From Bacteriovoracaceae bacterium (GTDB taxonomy: Bacteria > Bdellovibrionota > Bacteriovoracia > Bacteriovoracales > Bacteriovoracaceae): DNA of 16,615 nt. Below the pieces are notes generated by a model that worked only from the letters and a program-made list of their open reading frames with translations, had not been told where the DNA came from and made no database searches. Within the stretch, counting starts at the first letter, position 1. Each line of letters begins with the position of its first letter. The position numbers were made by a program, and so were the translations under genes. Below, one piece after another: positions 8,547 to 16,615 of the stretch. The stretch lies in contig JBFGZE010000078.1 in assembly GCA_041586955.1 (NCBI GenBank), forward strand, positions 1-16,615. Direction: 5' to 3'.

Positions 8547-8603
8547 GTCAGTTTATTTAAACAAAATCTCGAAAAAAAATAATAAAGAACATATAATAAA
8601 ACT

Positions 8604-9491
8604 ATGAAAAAAATTTTAATTTCATTATTAACATTTGCGCTTTGCATCCCAATTTTCGCGCAACAATCGGCCGTTGTTGTTAGTGCCCGTGCCGTCATTT
8701 ATGGCGATGTGAATATGGAGCATGCTATTGGCTATCTCCGCCGTGGTCAAAAGCTCTGGGTTGGAAAGGTCAAAAGAAAATGGGGCCAGCTTCTCCCTAT
8801 GGTGACTGCCGGACGTATTGCCTATATCCGTACCCAAGATATTCGAATTGAAGGCGAGAAGTATAATGCCAAACTTAAACCTCGGCATACTAAGCGTAAC
8901 GAATTTCGCTTCAAAAAAGGCGATAAAAAAGATAATAAAGAACTTCCTGACGATTGGCGCGATCATAATCAAATATCCTTGCATTACCTCCAAACGTCAT
9001 TATCGGCAAGCTCCACAGTCCCTATGGAGACGATGAATGAGACATCCCCTACCGCCACTGAATTATCTATCAACTGGGATCACCGTAATCCTACAAAATG
9101 GTGGGGTTATAGCTTCGGCGGCCATTATTTCACGCAAAGTACAGAAACAATCACTTATCATACATTGGCATTGAAGGCCGGATTGGCCTTAATCCCTTAT
9201 CGCAATGATCTTTTTGACTTTGAAATATTAACAGAAGGCCTCCTTTCCAATCAATTTTTAGTCAGAGTTAATAATTTTGAAGATTATAATAGCTTTCTTT
9301 TTGGGTTATCTCCCCGGGTACAATTGCGATTCTTTAATAAAAAGTCGGTACAAGCATTAATTGGAATGGGTTACCATTATTGGATGACACCAGGATTGGG
9401 CACCATTGAATACCCCACAAATAATACCCAAGATGAAATGTCTTCACTTTCAGGTAGTTTTATTAATTTAGGGATTGGATTTTCAATCTAA
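8604..9491 (+). CDS. Hypothetical exported protein: SH3b-like N-domain plus outer-membrane beta-barrel
   Basis: Signal peptide (..IFA/QQ), SH3b-like segment AVIYGD....AIGYLRRGQKLWV...GRIAYIRTQDI, charged linker, amphipathic strands ending NLGIGFSI. Overlaps the convergent gene by 9 nt. Confidence 0.65.
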   Translation: MKKILISLLTFALCIPIFAQQSAVVVSARAVIYGDVNMEHAIGYLRRGQKLWVGKVKRKWGQLLPMVTAGRIAYIRTQDIRIEGEKYNAKLKPRHTKRNEFRFKKGDKKDNKELPDDWRDHNQISLHYLQTSLSASSTVPMETMNETSPTATELSINWDHRNPTKWWGYSFGGHYFTQSTETITYHTLALKAGLALIPYRNDLFDFEILTEGLLSNQFLVRVNNFEDYNSFLFGLSPRVQLRFFNKKSVQALIGMGYHYWMTPGLGTIEYPTNNTQDEMSSLSGSFINLGIGFSI

Positions 9492-10748
9492 AGGCAGAGT
9501 ACTATCATCTTGATCAGTATCTTGACCACTTTCTTTAGCATTTTCTAAATAATAATCAAGTCTCTCCTCTTTACTTTGAAATGCTTCAAGAGGTACTTCC
9601 TCCTGCTCCTTTTTCTCTTTCTCTATCTGATTTTCAATTTCCTCTTTTTTACCTCGTTTCAACCTTTCTTCTGCAGTTTCTCTTAATAGCTCTGTATCAG
9701 TTGAAAAATTTGTTCCGTAAAGAATATAAGAAAGGTCACGCAGGGGTTTTAACCGCTGCTCGATACTTTTACCCTTCTCAAGAAAATAAATAAGCTCTCG
9801 CATATACTCACGGTTATCCTGCTCCATCGACCATGCCGAAAAGAGATAAGAAAAGCCCTTATGTGATAATTTCTCTGGAAAAGTAAGGGCATGAAACTCT
9901 GTACTCATCTGGGCACTATTTTCGTGTATCGTTTTAGGACGTAGCTGCTCCAACACCTTGCGCTTAATAATAAGAGAATGCTCGTCTTCAGGCAACGACA
10001 TCAACTCAAAAGAAATCATCTTATGGTTATTTTTGAGAAAGAAAATTTCGCGCTTTATAAGTCGCATATCATCAACTGATGGGCCCATTTCGATATTACC
10101 AAAACCCCTTTCTGGATAATATTTGATTTGTACCATATTGTCGGGAAAAAATGCTTTTCTCATTTTTATCAAATAAATATTATAAATGACCTCCCTTACA
10201 TATTGGAGATTGAGCATACTTAGACGTGTAAAGATTCCCTGAGGATAAGGCATATGGAGATCTTTCCCAAATAGATCGGCCCATATTTCTCCACTCGATT
10301 TTTCTGCCAAATAATTTTTAAAAAGAGGTAAGCTAAAAAGCTTTTGCCCAAGAGTATCAATTTGAAATTCTTCAAAAGGAAAGGGCGTTAATCTTAAAAT
10401 TTCACCATGATGACGGCCGACAAAAGAGAGGCCTACCCGAACTTGTCCAACCTTTAATTTTACCTTAGGTGCAATTTCATAAAAGGGATGAGCTGTAGGA
10501 ATGGGGACAACCAGATTCTGAAAAGGCAAGATTTCCCACATGTCATCTATATTTTTTGGAACATCAAAATCATCGTCAACGAGGTGGGTTTTAAGGTAGA
10601 GCTCCGACACTGGACCCATTTGCAAATACTCACTTTCAACCCCATACTTAAGTGCATGGTCATAGAAGTGAAAAGGGGCATTAGAAACAAGAACGAGCCC
10701 ACTCATCAAAACGATAATCAATAAAGAAAATGCAAATACAGTCCGCAT
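9483..10748 (-). CDS. Hypothetical membrane-anchored or exported protein
   Basis: 421-aa ORF with a single N-terminal hydrophobic helix and a charged, coiled-coil-like acidic C-terminus. No family recognised. Confidence 0.75.
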   Translation of the reverse strand: MRTVFAFSLLIIVLMSGLVLVSNAPFHFYDHALKYGVESEYLQMGPVSELYLKTHLVDDDFDVPKNIDDMWEILPFQNLVVPIPTAHPFYEIAPKVKLKVGQVRVGLSFVGRHHGEILRLTPFPFEEFQIDTLGQKLFSLPLFKNYLAEKSSGEIWADLFGKDLHMPYPQGIFTRLSMLNLQYVREVIYNIYLIKMRKAFFPDNMVQIKYYPERGFGNIEMGPSVDDMRLIKREIFFLKNNHKMISFELMSLPEDEHSLIIKRKVLEQLRPKTIHENSAQMSTEFHALTFPEKLSHKGFSYLFSAWSMEQDNREYMRELIYFLEKGKSIEQRLKPLRDLSYILYGTNFSTDTELLRETAEERLKRGKKEEIENQIEKEKKEQEEVPLEAFQSKEERLDYYLENAKESGQDTDQDDSTLPLD

Positions 10749-10755
10749 ATAAACC

Positions 10756-10782
10756 GTTTCGGGGCATTATATAAGGAACTTA
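10756..10782 (-). promoter_or_regulatory. Candidate sigma28 (FliA)-like promoter
   Basis: Minus strand TAAG-N15-CCCGAAAC against consensus TAAA-N15-GCCGATAA, ending 7 nt before the ATG at 10748. A TATAAT also lies within the spacer. Confidence 0.3.
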
Positions 10783-10791
10783 AGGATTTGC

Positions 10792-11694
10792 TTAGTTTTT
10801 TAAGCTACCCTTAACAAGCACTCCATTCAAATAATTACCATAAGTTTCGCCGTCGACGGACGGGAACCCAATTATAGGAGTTGCGTGCTCAGGTAAAAAG
10901 TCCGTCCGATCTCCAGGAAAGAGACAAAGGATGTAATAATAAAAGCTTACCTCTTCACGATCATGTGCTTTGATATAGCAATAAATATCATCACCATCAT
11001 CATCTATTATCCGACAAATCTCATCAGGACTCTTATAGGTCGATATAAAATAATCTTCATAGTGAGCAAAAGCTTCTAATGGGATATCACTTTCTTTGCG
11101 GTTTGAGATAATCTCCGCCAAGAGGGCGCCTTTTTTCTGCTCAATCATCTGCAAAAAATCAGAATCAACTTCTCTTTCCAGAACGCTTTCACCAAGTAGA
11201 GATTCCGAGGGAGACACAATCCAATCCTTAAGGCATTTAATCTCCTCACCTCCTCGAAAAAAATCGACTAATTCTTCAGAGTAAGTATAAAATTGGGCGA
11301 GAATAAAGGAGACTTCTTTTTCGTAAAGGTAACAAAAGGTCAGTCCGTAAAAATGACCATATTGCTCATCCTGGAACTCCTTTACAAGGATGAAAAGATC
11401 CTCTTCTAAATCATTAGCATGGCGCCATAGCTCATCAGGATTATTAAGAATTTTCTCCTGATAATGAAGGTCATCATCAAAAATGGCCAAAGCATCATCG
11501 TCAATTCCAATATCTTGCCGCTTATCATCAATGATCGAGGCAAAGTGTTCAACTAGCGGGTCATAAAATTTTTCAATGCAGTCCTCAGAGCAAAAACCCC
11601 GACTCGAATTTTCTTCAACAAATAAAAGGTTTTCCAATTCAGCGAAGATACTGTGACATTGACAACAATAGTATATATTTTTAAACTTCATCAT
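10792..11694 (-). CDS. Acidic cytoplasmic protein: N-terminal Cys4 Zn finger plus two PBECR2-like repeats
   Basis: CCQC...FCSEDC (TRASH/MYM-like treble clef) and internal duplication ILNNPDELWR.../TYKSPDEICR.... No signal peptide. TAATG coupling to the upstream gene at 11692-11696. Confidence 0.65.
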   Translation of the reverse strand: MMKFKNIYYCCQCHSIFAELENLLFVEENSSRGFCSEDCIEKFYDPLVEHFASIIDDKRQDIGIDDDALAIFDDDLHYQEKILNNPDELWRHANDLEEDLFILVKEFQDEQYGHFYGLTFCYLYEKEVSFILAQFYTYSEELVDFFRGGEEIKCLKDWIVSPSESLLGESVLEREVDSDFLQMIEQKKGALLAEIISNRKESDIPLEAFAHYEDYFISTYKSPDEICRIIDDDGDDIYCYIKAHDREEVSFYYYILCLFPGDRTDFLPEHATPIIGFPSVDGETYGNYLNGVLVKGSLKN

Positions 11695-12614
11695 TAAAAC
11701 GCTATGTTAAGGCTGGCAGTTAAGGAATTACCGTAGGCGCCCTTTAGATCATAGAGGCGTGCCCTAATAACATCGTTTTTCTGCATACGCTTCGTTCTAA
11801 ATAAGGCGCCAAGCTCTAAAAAAACACTCTGCCCAACTCCTAGATTAAGTTTTGGTGTGAAGTAACCAAAAGTGATATCCTCGCTTAGACCATTCATCAC
11901 ATCTCTCTTAGCACCGACAGTATTAGTCCCTGCTTCGGCCAAAAAGCGAATATCTTGCGTCGCCCGCCAGGAAAGAAAGGCATAAAGCTTACGGATATTA
12001 CCAATTTCCATTTCCTCGGGGTTAGTGACCGCCCCCGTTAATAAATATTTAAAACCGAGTCCTAAAGCGAATTGGTAAAATGACTTATTGGTTTCAACTC
12101 CTACTATTTTATCTGTCCGACTTGTCGCAAAGGTAGAGTTGGCCTGCCCGAATGACATACCGGCCAAAATATCAATCGTTGTTCCGTCATTTTTATTACC
12201 AAACTTAAGCCAATTTAATCCCAAAATGACAGATGCATTACCTTTATCCTCTGTTAGATAACCATAGCCTTTACTCTCAAGAACATGCCAATATTCAGCA
12301 CCTAAAGAGACATTAAAAGGGGTTTGAAAATGCCCGGCGATATTAACTCGTGACAATTGACCACCAGTTTTGAAGCTCGAAACATCCATATTTTCATAAG
12401 AGCTTCCTAGAAAAATATTTTGTCCTCCACCCTTAGAAGGTGAGCGTCTCGAAGAGCGCACTTTTTTAATTTTAGGCGAGGAACGTTTTTTAATACGAGG
12501 AGTAGGTGTAGCGCTTTTTGGGCGAAATTCCGATTCACTTTCACTATAATCAACCAGGGCATAACTCCTAGTCATTAAAAGTACACTAAATAAAAGAGAG
12601 CTCCACAATTTCAT
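11694..12614 (-). CDS. Outer-membrane beta-barrel protein with basic low-complexity N-terminal extension
   Basis: Signal peptide (..SYA), linker RPKSATPTPRIKKRSSPKIKKVRSSRRSPSK, amphipathic strands and C-terminal ASLNIAF. Confidence 0.72.
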   Translation of the reverse strand: MKLWSSLLFSVLLMTRSYALVDYSESESEFRPKSATPTPRIKKRSSPKIKKVRSSRRSPSKGGGQNIFLGSSYENMDVSSFKTGGQLSRVNIAGHFQTPFNVSLGAEYWHVLESKGYGYLTEDKGNASVILGLNWLKFGNKNDGTTIDILAGMSFGQANSTFATSRTDKIVGVETNKSFYQFALGLGFKYLLTGAVTNPEEMEIGNIRKLYAFLSWRATQDIRFLAEAGTNTVGAKRDVMNGLSEDITFGYFTPKLNLGVGQSVFLELGALFRTKRMQKNDVIRARLYDLKGAYGNSLTASLNIAF

Positions 12615-12831
12615 TTATTCATCCTTGATGACAATTTCTATCTATTATTTTACTAAGAAGATGGCCCTCGGTCAGGCCAAGAATTAAATGGAGTTTTTTT
12701 CTCGTTCTTTTTAGTCTAGTGCTAAGTCCTTAATAAAACGTCCAACCAAACGTATCGGAAATCCTTACCCTATCCTGTTTTAATGTTAAAGTTGGTAGCA
12801 TGGCATTGGACGGCTTGTTAGGAGGAGAACA

Positions 12832-13134
12832 TTGGAATTTTATCACCGCGATGACCAAACTTTAAAATCACTAGTTGAATTGGGAGCAAAAGGATATTTC
12901 CCTTTATTTGAACTTAGTTGGATCGATGAGTTACGTAACGTCACTCGTAAGTTAACAGGAAACGAAAAGGTCAAGGCCAAGCAATTATTCAAAAGAATTA
13001 TTCAACATAAAAGCTTAGATCGAAAAAAAACAATCTTAATTTCTATGCCAGAAATAGATCGTAAATTATTTGTGAAGGCCTTTTTGGCGATGGTCGAAGG
13101 AAAGATCCTCGACTGTCAATCGGAGCTTCATTAA
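12832..13134 (+). CDS. Small hypothetical cytoplasmic helical protein
   Basis: TTG start preceded by a strong AGGAGGAG RBS; 100 aa; 2-nt gap to the next gene. Confidence 0.72.
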   Translation: MEFYHRDDQTLKSLVELGAKGYFPLFELSWIDELRNVTRKLTGNEKVKAKQLFKRIIQHKSLDRKKTILISMPEIDRKLFVKAFLAMVEGKILDCQSELH

Positions 13135-13136
13135 AC

Positions 13137-13436
13137 ATGAAATTCATATGGACGCTCATATTATTAACACTTTCTCTGGCGGCCAGCGCCGAGTATCGTG
13201 TTTATCAATACTTTGTGCGTTCATCCGCCCCCTACTCTTTAAACAAAGATGCCCGCCTCATCACCTCTACTCTCGATCCAGTATCATATCTCGCCTATCA
13301 CGGTGGTAGAAGTTCTATTCAAGTTGATTTATTGCGATCATGGATGTGTAAGGGGCATACCGGACAAACGCCAACTTGCGACGCCCCTCTTAAAAGTGCC
13401 AAACTTGAGGAAATTAGGTCTGAAGGAGAGATTTGA
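13137..13436 (+). CDS. Small secreted hypothetical protein with a Cys pair
   Basis: Signal peptide ending ASA and WMCKGHTGQTPTC. Stop overlaps the next start (TTGA). Confidence 0.72.
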   Translation: MKFIWTLILLTLSLAASAEYRVYQYFVRSSAPYSLNKDARLITSTLDPVSYLAYHGGRSSIQVDLLRSWMCKGHTGQTPTCDAPLKSAKLEEIRSEGEI

Positions 13437-14611
13437 AAGTTTCAAACGCCGATTTAGTTGAAAACAGAAGACAACTAAAAAGGTTGAATGACCTCCAACG
13501 GCGAAAAATTAAAGCAAAGGAAAAGGAACTCGATAAAATCGATGAAATCTATTCCAAGAGAGCAGAACAAACCCATCACGAAGGCGAACTCAAAGTTAAT
13601 GAAGTCAGAGACGCCAATAAACAAAAATTAATCCATACCCTAGAAGGCAAACATCAGCGGCTCGAGCAAATTAAGGCCGACATGACTGAGGTAGAAAGAA
13701 GACTTGAGCAACAGCGTTTTACCATCCGTCAAGATCATAAAAAAGACCTTAAGGAGCAACAAGACCTCCACGCCCAACGATTAAGCGAAAAATATGATAT
13801 TGCCAGAGAGCAGGCAATAAAAATCAGCGAACAGGCCCAAAACAAACTCCAAAACATTCAAAAAGATACCAATACTTCACTACATGAAATGCAATATCAA
13901 TCCAATCTTAAAGTTGTTGAAAATCAAAATAAGTATCAAGGGAAGATGGATCGCCTCAATGCCCAATATAAAGTGGAATTGCAGGATGCTGTCCAGAAGC
14001 AACAACAAGAGTTTACCAAAAATCGCCTCCACCATAGTAAAAAAATGCAGGAAATCAAGGCAAATCAAAAAAGTGAAACCTTTAAGCGCCAGCAAATTTT
14101 TGGACGTGAAAAATTAATGCAAGAGACCCAACAGCAACGACTTCTCAAGCAACATCACAATAACTTTAAAAAGAAAATCTCTGATATGACTAAAGACCAA
14201 GAACATGTCATCAACCAGGCCAAAACCCGCTTTGCCGAAGAGAGAAGAAAACTTAAAAACGAGCTCTCAACTGAACGTAAGAGCATCACCGAAAAGGTAG
14301 ATAATGATTTTTATAGAATTAATAAAATGCAGACAAAATTAGTGGATAAGGGCGATCATTATATTGTTAGCCTCAAGGTCCCCGATTACGAATATGAAAA
14401 AGTTCAAGTAACAGGGTTTGATCGCACCATTCGCGTTAATTTTGGACGGCGTTTCTCAGAAAAGGTGGTTGACGAAAACGGAGAAACCCATCAAAGTAAC
14501 CGTTCTGAAACCTTTAGTAATATTATCCCTACAGAAGATATTATTGATCCTAAAACAATCACCCAAAGTTATAAAGATGGTATCTTGTCCTTCAAAATCA
14601 ATAAGAGCTAA
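13433..14611 (+). CDS. Long coiled-coil protein with C-terminal Hsp20/alpha-crystallin domain
   Basis: About 290 aa of K/Q/E/R-rich helical sequence lacking Pro, then DKGDHYIVSLKVP...VQV...TFSNIIP...IDPKTITQSYKDGILSFKINK (alpha-crystallin AxYxxGxL-type motif). TTG start after GAAGGAG. Confidence 0.8.
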   Translation: MKVSNADLVENRRQLKRLNDLQRRKIKAKEKELDKIDEIYSKRAEQTHHEGELKVNEVRDANKQKLIHTLEGKHQRLEQIKADMTEVERRLEQQRFTIRQDHKKDLKEQQDLHAQRLSEKYDIAREQAIKISEQAQNKLQNIQKDTNTSLHEMQYQSNLKVVENQNKYQGKMDRLNAQYKVELQDAVQKQQQEFTKNRLHHSKKMQEIKANQKSETFKRQQIFGREKLMQETQQQRLLKQHHNNFKKKISDMTKDQEHVINQAKTRFAEERRKLKNELSTERKSITEKVDNDFYRINKMQTKLVDKGDHYIVSLKVPDYEYEKVQVTGFDRTIRVNFGRRFSEKVVDENGETHQSNRSETFSNIIPTEDIIDPKTITQSYKDGILSFKINKS

Positions 14612-14756
14612 GGCAACATTCCCCTATTCTCCCCCTTCAAGTTATTTGACCGGCTTTTCATTTTAAAGAAAAAAACTTTCCTTAGTAAACTGGATAAAGT
14701 CTTAAGTAGCAGCTCGGAATGTCCTGACCACGGCGCGCGTTTATAATTTGAGGCCA

Positions 14757-15671
14757 TTAAAAAATAGATAAACCTGTAAGCTCACTAAAAAGCTCCAATG
14801 CCTTTGTACCTACAAGAGAGTTTCCAGAGGAGTTTAACTCGGGAGACCACACGCATAGACTAAGCTTACCTGGGATAACACCTACGATTCCACCACCAAC
14901 ACCACTTTTAGCAGGAATCCCCACCTGGTAGGCAAAGCTTCCAACGTTATCATAAAGTCCACATGTAAGCATAAGGGCATTTACTCTCTTTGCTTGATAC
15001 TCACTTGCGATGATCTTTCCGTTTAATGGATTAATACCTTTATTGGCAAGGAAAAGAAAAAGGCGAGACAGCTCTTCTGTCGTCATGGATAAAGAGCAGT
15101 GGTGGCAATACACATCAATAAGCTCAGTCACGCTACTCTTAATGTTTCCAAAACTCTTCATAAAAAATGCCAGTGCTCGATTTCTGTCAGCTGTCTCAAG
15201 CTCTGAATTAGCGACTTTATAATCATATTCAATTTTATCACTAAGAGAAACTTTTCTTACAAAGTCGATAATCGCGTCGTAGGCATTTTCAGCATTCTGA
15301 ATGACCTCATCGGTAGTTACAAGAGCTCCAGCATTAATAAATGGGTTACGCGGAATTCCTTTTTCTTGTTCAAGTTGAATTAGTGAATTAAAAGAGTTAC
15401 CAGAGGGCTCTTTTCCGATTCTATCCCAAAGGTCACCCCCAAGACTCTCTAACGCCATTGTCAGCACAATCACTTTGGAGATACTTTGGATTGAAAATTT
15501 TTGACCACTTGAACCGACAGAATAAGTCTTCCCATCCAAGGTTGTTACCGTCATAGCAAACTGTCGAGGATCGACCTTGGCCAATTCAGGAATATAGGTC
15601 GCGACTTCACCAATGCCATAATATTGGTTAATATTTAATTGGATTTCATCTAGTACCGCTTGATAACTCAT
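14757..15671 (-). CDS. glsA: Glutaminase
   Basis: GEVATYIPELAKV, catalytic FSIQSISK (SxxK), GKEPSGNSFN, NPFINAGA and PAKSGVGGGI motifs; 304 aa; GGAG RBS. Confidence 0.96.
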   Translation of the reverse strand: MSYQAVLDEIQLNINQYYGIGEVATYIPELAKVDPRQFAMTVTTLDGKTYSVGSSGQKFSIQSISKVIVLTMALESLGGDLWDRIGKEPSGNSFNSLIQLEQEKGIPRNPFINAGALVTTDEVIQNAENAYDAIIDFVRKVSLSDKIEYDYKVANSELETADRNRALAFFMKSFGNIKSSVTELIDVYCHHCSLSMTTEELSRLFLFLANKGINPLNGKIIASEYQAKRVNALMLTCGLYDNVGSFAYQVGIPAKSGVGGGIVGVIPGKLSLCVWSPELNSSGNSLVGTKALELFSELTGLSIF

Positions 15672-16194
15672 CTTTACTCCATAGAATATTGTATTGTGGT
15701 ATTGAGTCTTTCTGCTACCATCACTTAAGATTTATTGTTCTGCGGATCTTAAGGTATTAAAGTCAGAATTAACCACTCTTTTAGCTTTATTAAAGAAGCT
15801 GAACCATCATAATTTGAGACAAATAATAGAAAAGCTTCTCACACCATCAAATGGTTAGGGCCATTTACTTCAATTTTCTTTATAACACCAAAATTAACAA
15901 ACACAACATTAACATGATTATCGTCAAAAGGCTCATTTCCAATCTTTAAGTCAGGCCTATCGCCGTCTCAATTAGATAAGTTTAAGAGGTCATCAACATC
16001 CCCTATTAATTAAATTATAAGATGATTAATTGTGGTTTTGGGATTTCATACTCGAGCATAAGATCAATTAGTAAGTACCCCTCTTTTTTTTTAGTATTCG
16101 ATACTTCTATTCTATAAAATTTACACATAGATTTACGGCAAACATAATATAATTTACAACGGTTTAGCTTTCAATTAATGATAAGGACTTCTAT

Positions 16195-16615
16195 ATGTTT
16201 AAATATATGCTTAATTTTTTCTTTATTATAATAGCTTTTACTCCAATCTCTTTTGCCGAAACTACTTGTGAATCTGAATTACCAGAAATATTTAAACAGT
16301 ATGCAGACAATGGCATGAAGGTAACGAGCTACGAAGTTAAGAACTGCTCAAACATCACAAATGACATGCCACCAATAATGAATGCTAATAGAAACACTAA
16401 TGCCCCAGAGGTATACGTTACAAATGCCTGCGCAGTGATATTAGACTTCGGAAAAGAAGACCTTCAAGAACTCGTGGTAATAGATAATGAGAATAATTTT
16501 AAATTGGTCAGAGAGTTCGACAAACAAAACACTCAGACCATTTCAAATTCCCGCTTTGGAGATAAAAAAACAGGAACGATACTCTTTATTAAGTCAGAAG
16601 GTAACAGAGTTGAAG
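16195..16615 (+). CDS. Secreted hypothetical protein, 3'-truncated by the window edge (not in the ORF track)
   Basis: ATG at 16195 after AAGGA, frame open to the window end (140 codons): MFKYMLNFFFIIIAFTPISFA/ETTCESELPEIFKQYADNG.... Signal peptide and three Cys visible. Confidence 0.75.
   Translation, partial: MFKYMLNFFFIIIAFTPISFAETTCESELPEIFKQYADNGMKVTSYEVKNCSNITNDMPPIMNANRNTNAPEVYVTNACAVILDFGKEDLQELVVIDNENNFKLVREFDKQNTQTISNSRFGDKKTGTILFIKSEGNRVE

Noticed and set aside
11650..11670. CCQCH in the 300-aa protein as a fifth haem-binding CxxCH
   Set aside because: There is no signal peptide, and the downstream FCSEDC pair completes a Cys4 zinc finger, which explains it better.
14612..14756. 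Intrinsic terminator between the convergent Hsp20-fusion gene and glsA
   Set aside because: No convincing GC-rich hairpin followed by a U-tract on either strand.
267..15222. Short alternative-frame or antisense ORFs in the track (e.g. 267-503, 3562-3864, 8474-8698, 8628-8993, 13880-14095, 15010-15222)
   Set aside because: They lie within or across better-supported CDSs and show no recognisable motifs; treated as shadow ORFs.

Overview
Gene-dense, AT-rich bacterial window with 16 supportable CDSs, the last running off the right edge. No rRNA, tRNA, CRISPR array or mobile element is recognisable. Gene content and style suggest Bdellovibrionota (Bacteriovoracia-like); this is inference only. 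The ends hold a divergent MoaC homologue that lacks several conserved active-site residues (left) and glutaminase glsA (right). The most interesting part is a ~8.4 kb cell-envelope cluster (1126-9491) in which every gene has an export signal. It contains a very basic YceI-like protein, a lipoprotein monoheme cytochrome c, and a coupled three-gene operon (diheme cytochrome c with DUF1588/DUF1585-like C-terminus, Tat-exported DUF1501 protein, lipoprotein). It also contains a CxxCH-beta-barrel fusion whose N-terminus resembles Cyc2 cytochrome-porins, and two further beta-barrel fusion proteins. Together these may form an uncharacterised haem-based redox system spanning the outer membrane. Further right are a Zn-finger protein with a duplicated PBECR2-like domain and a long coiled-coil/Hsp20 fusion. 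All family calls come from motif recognition by eye, not from database searches.
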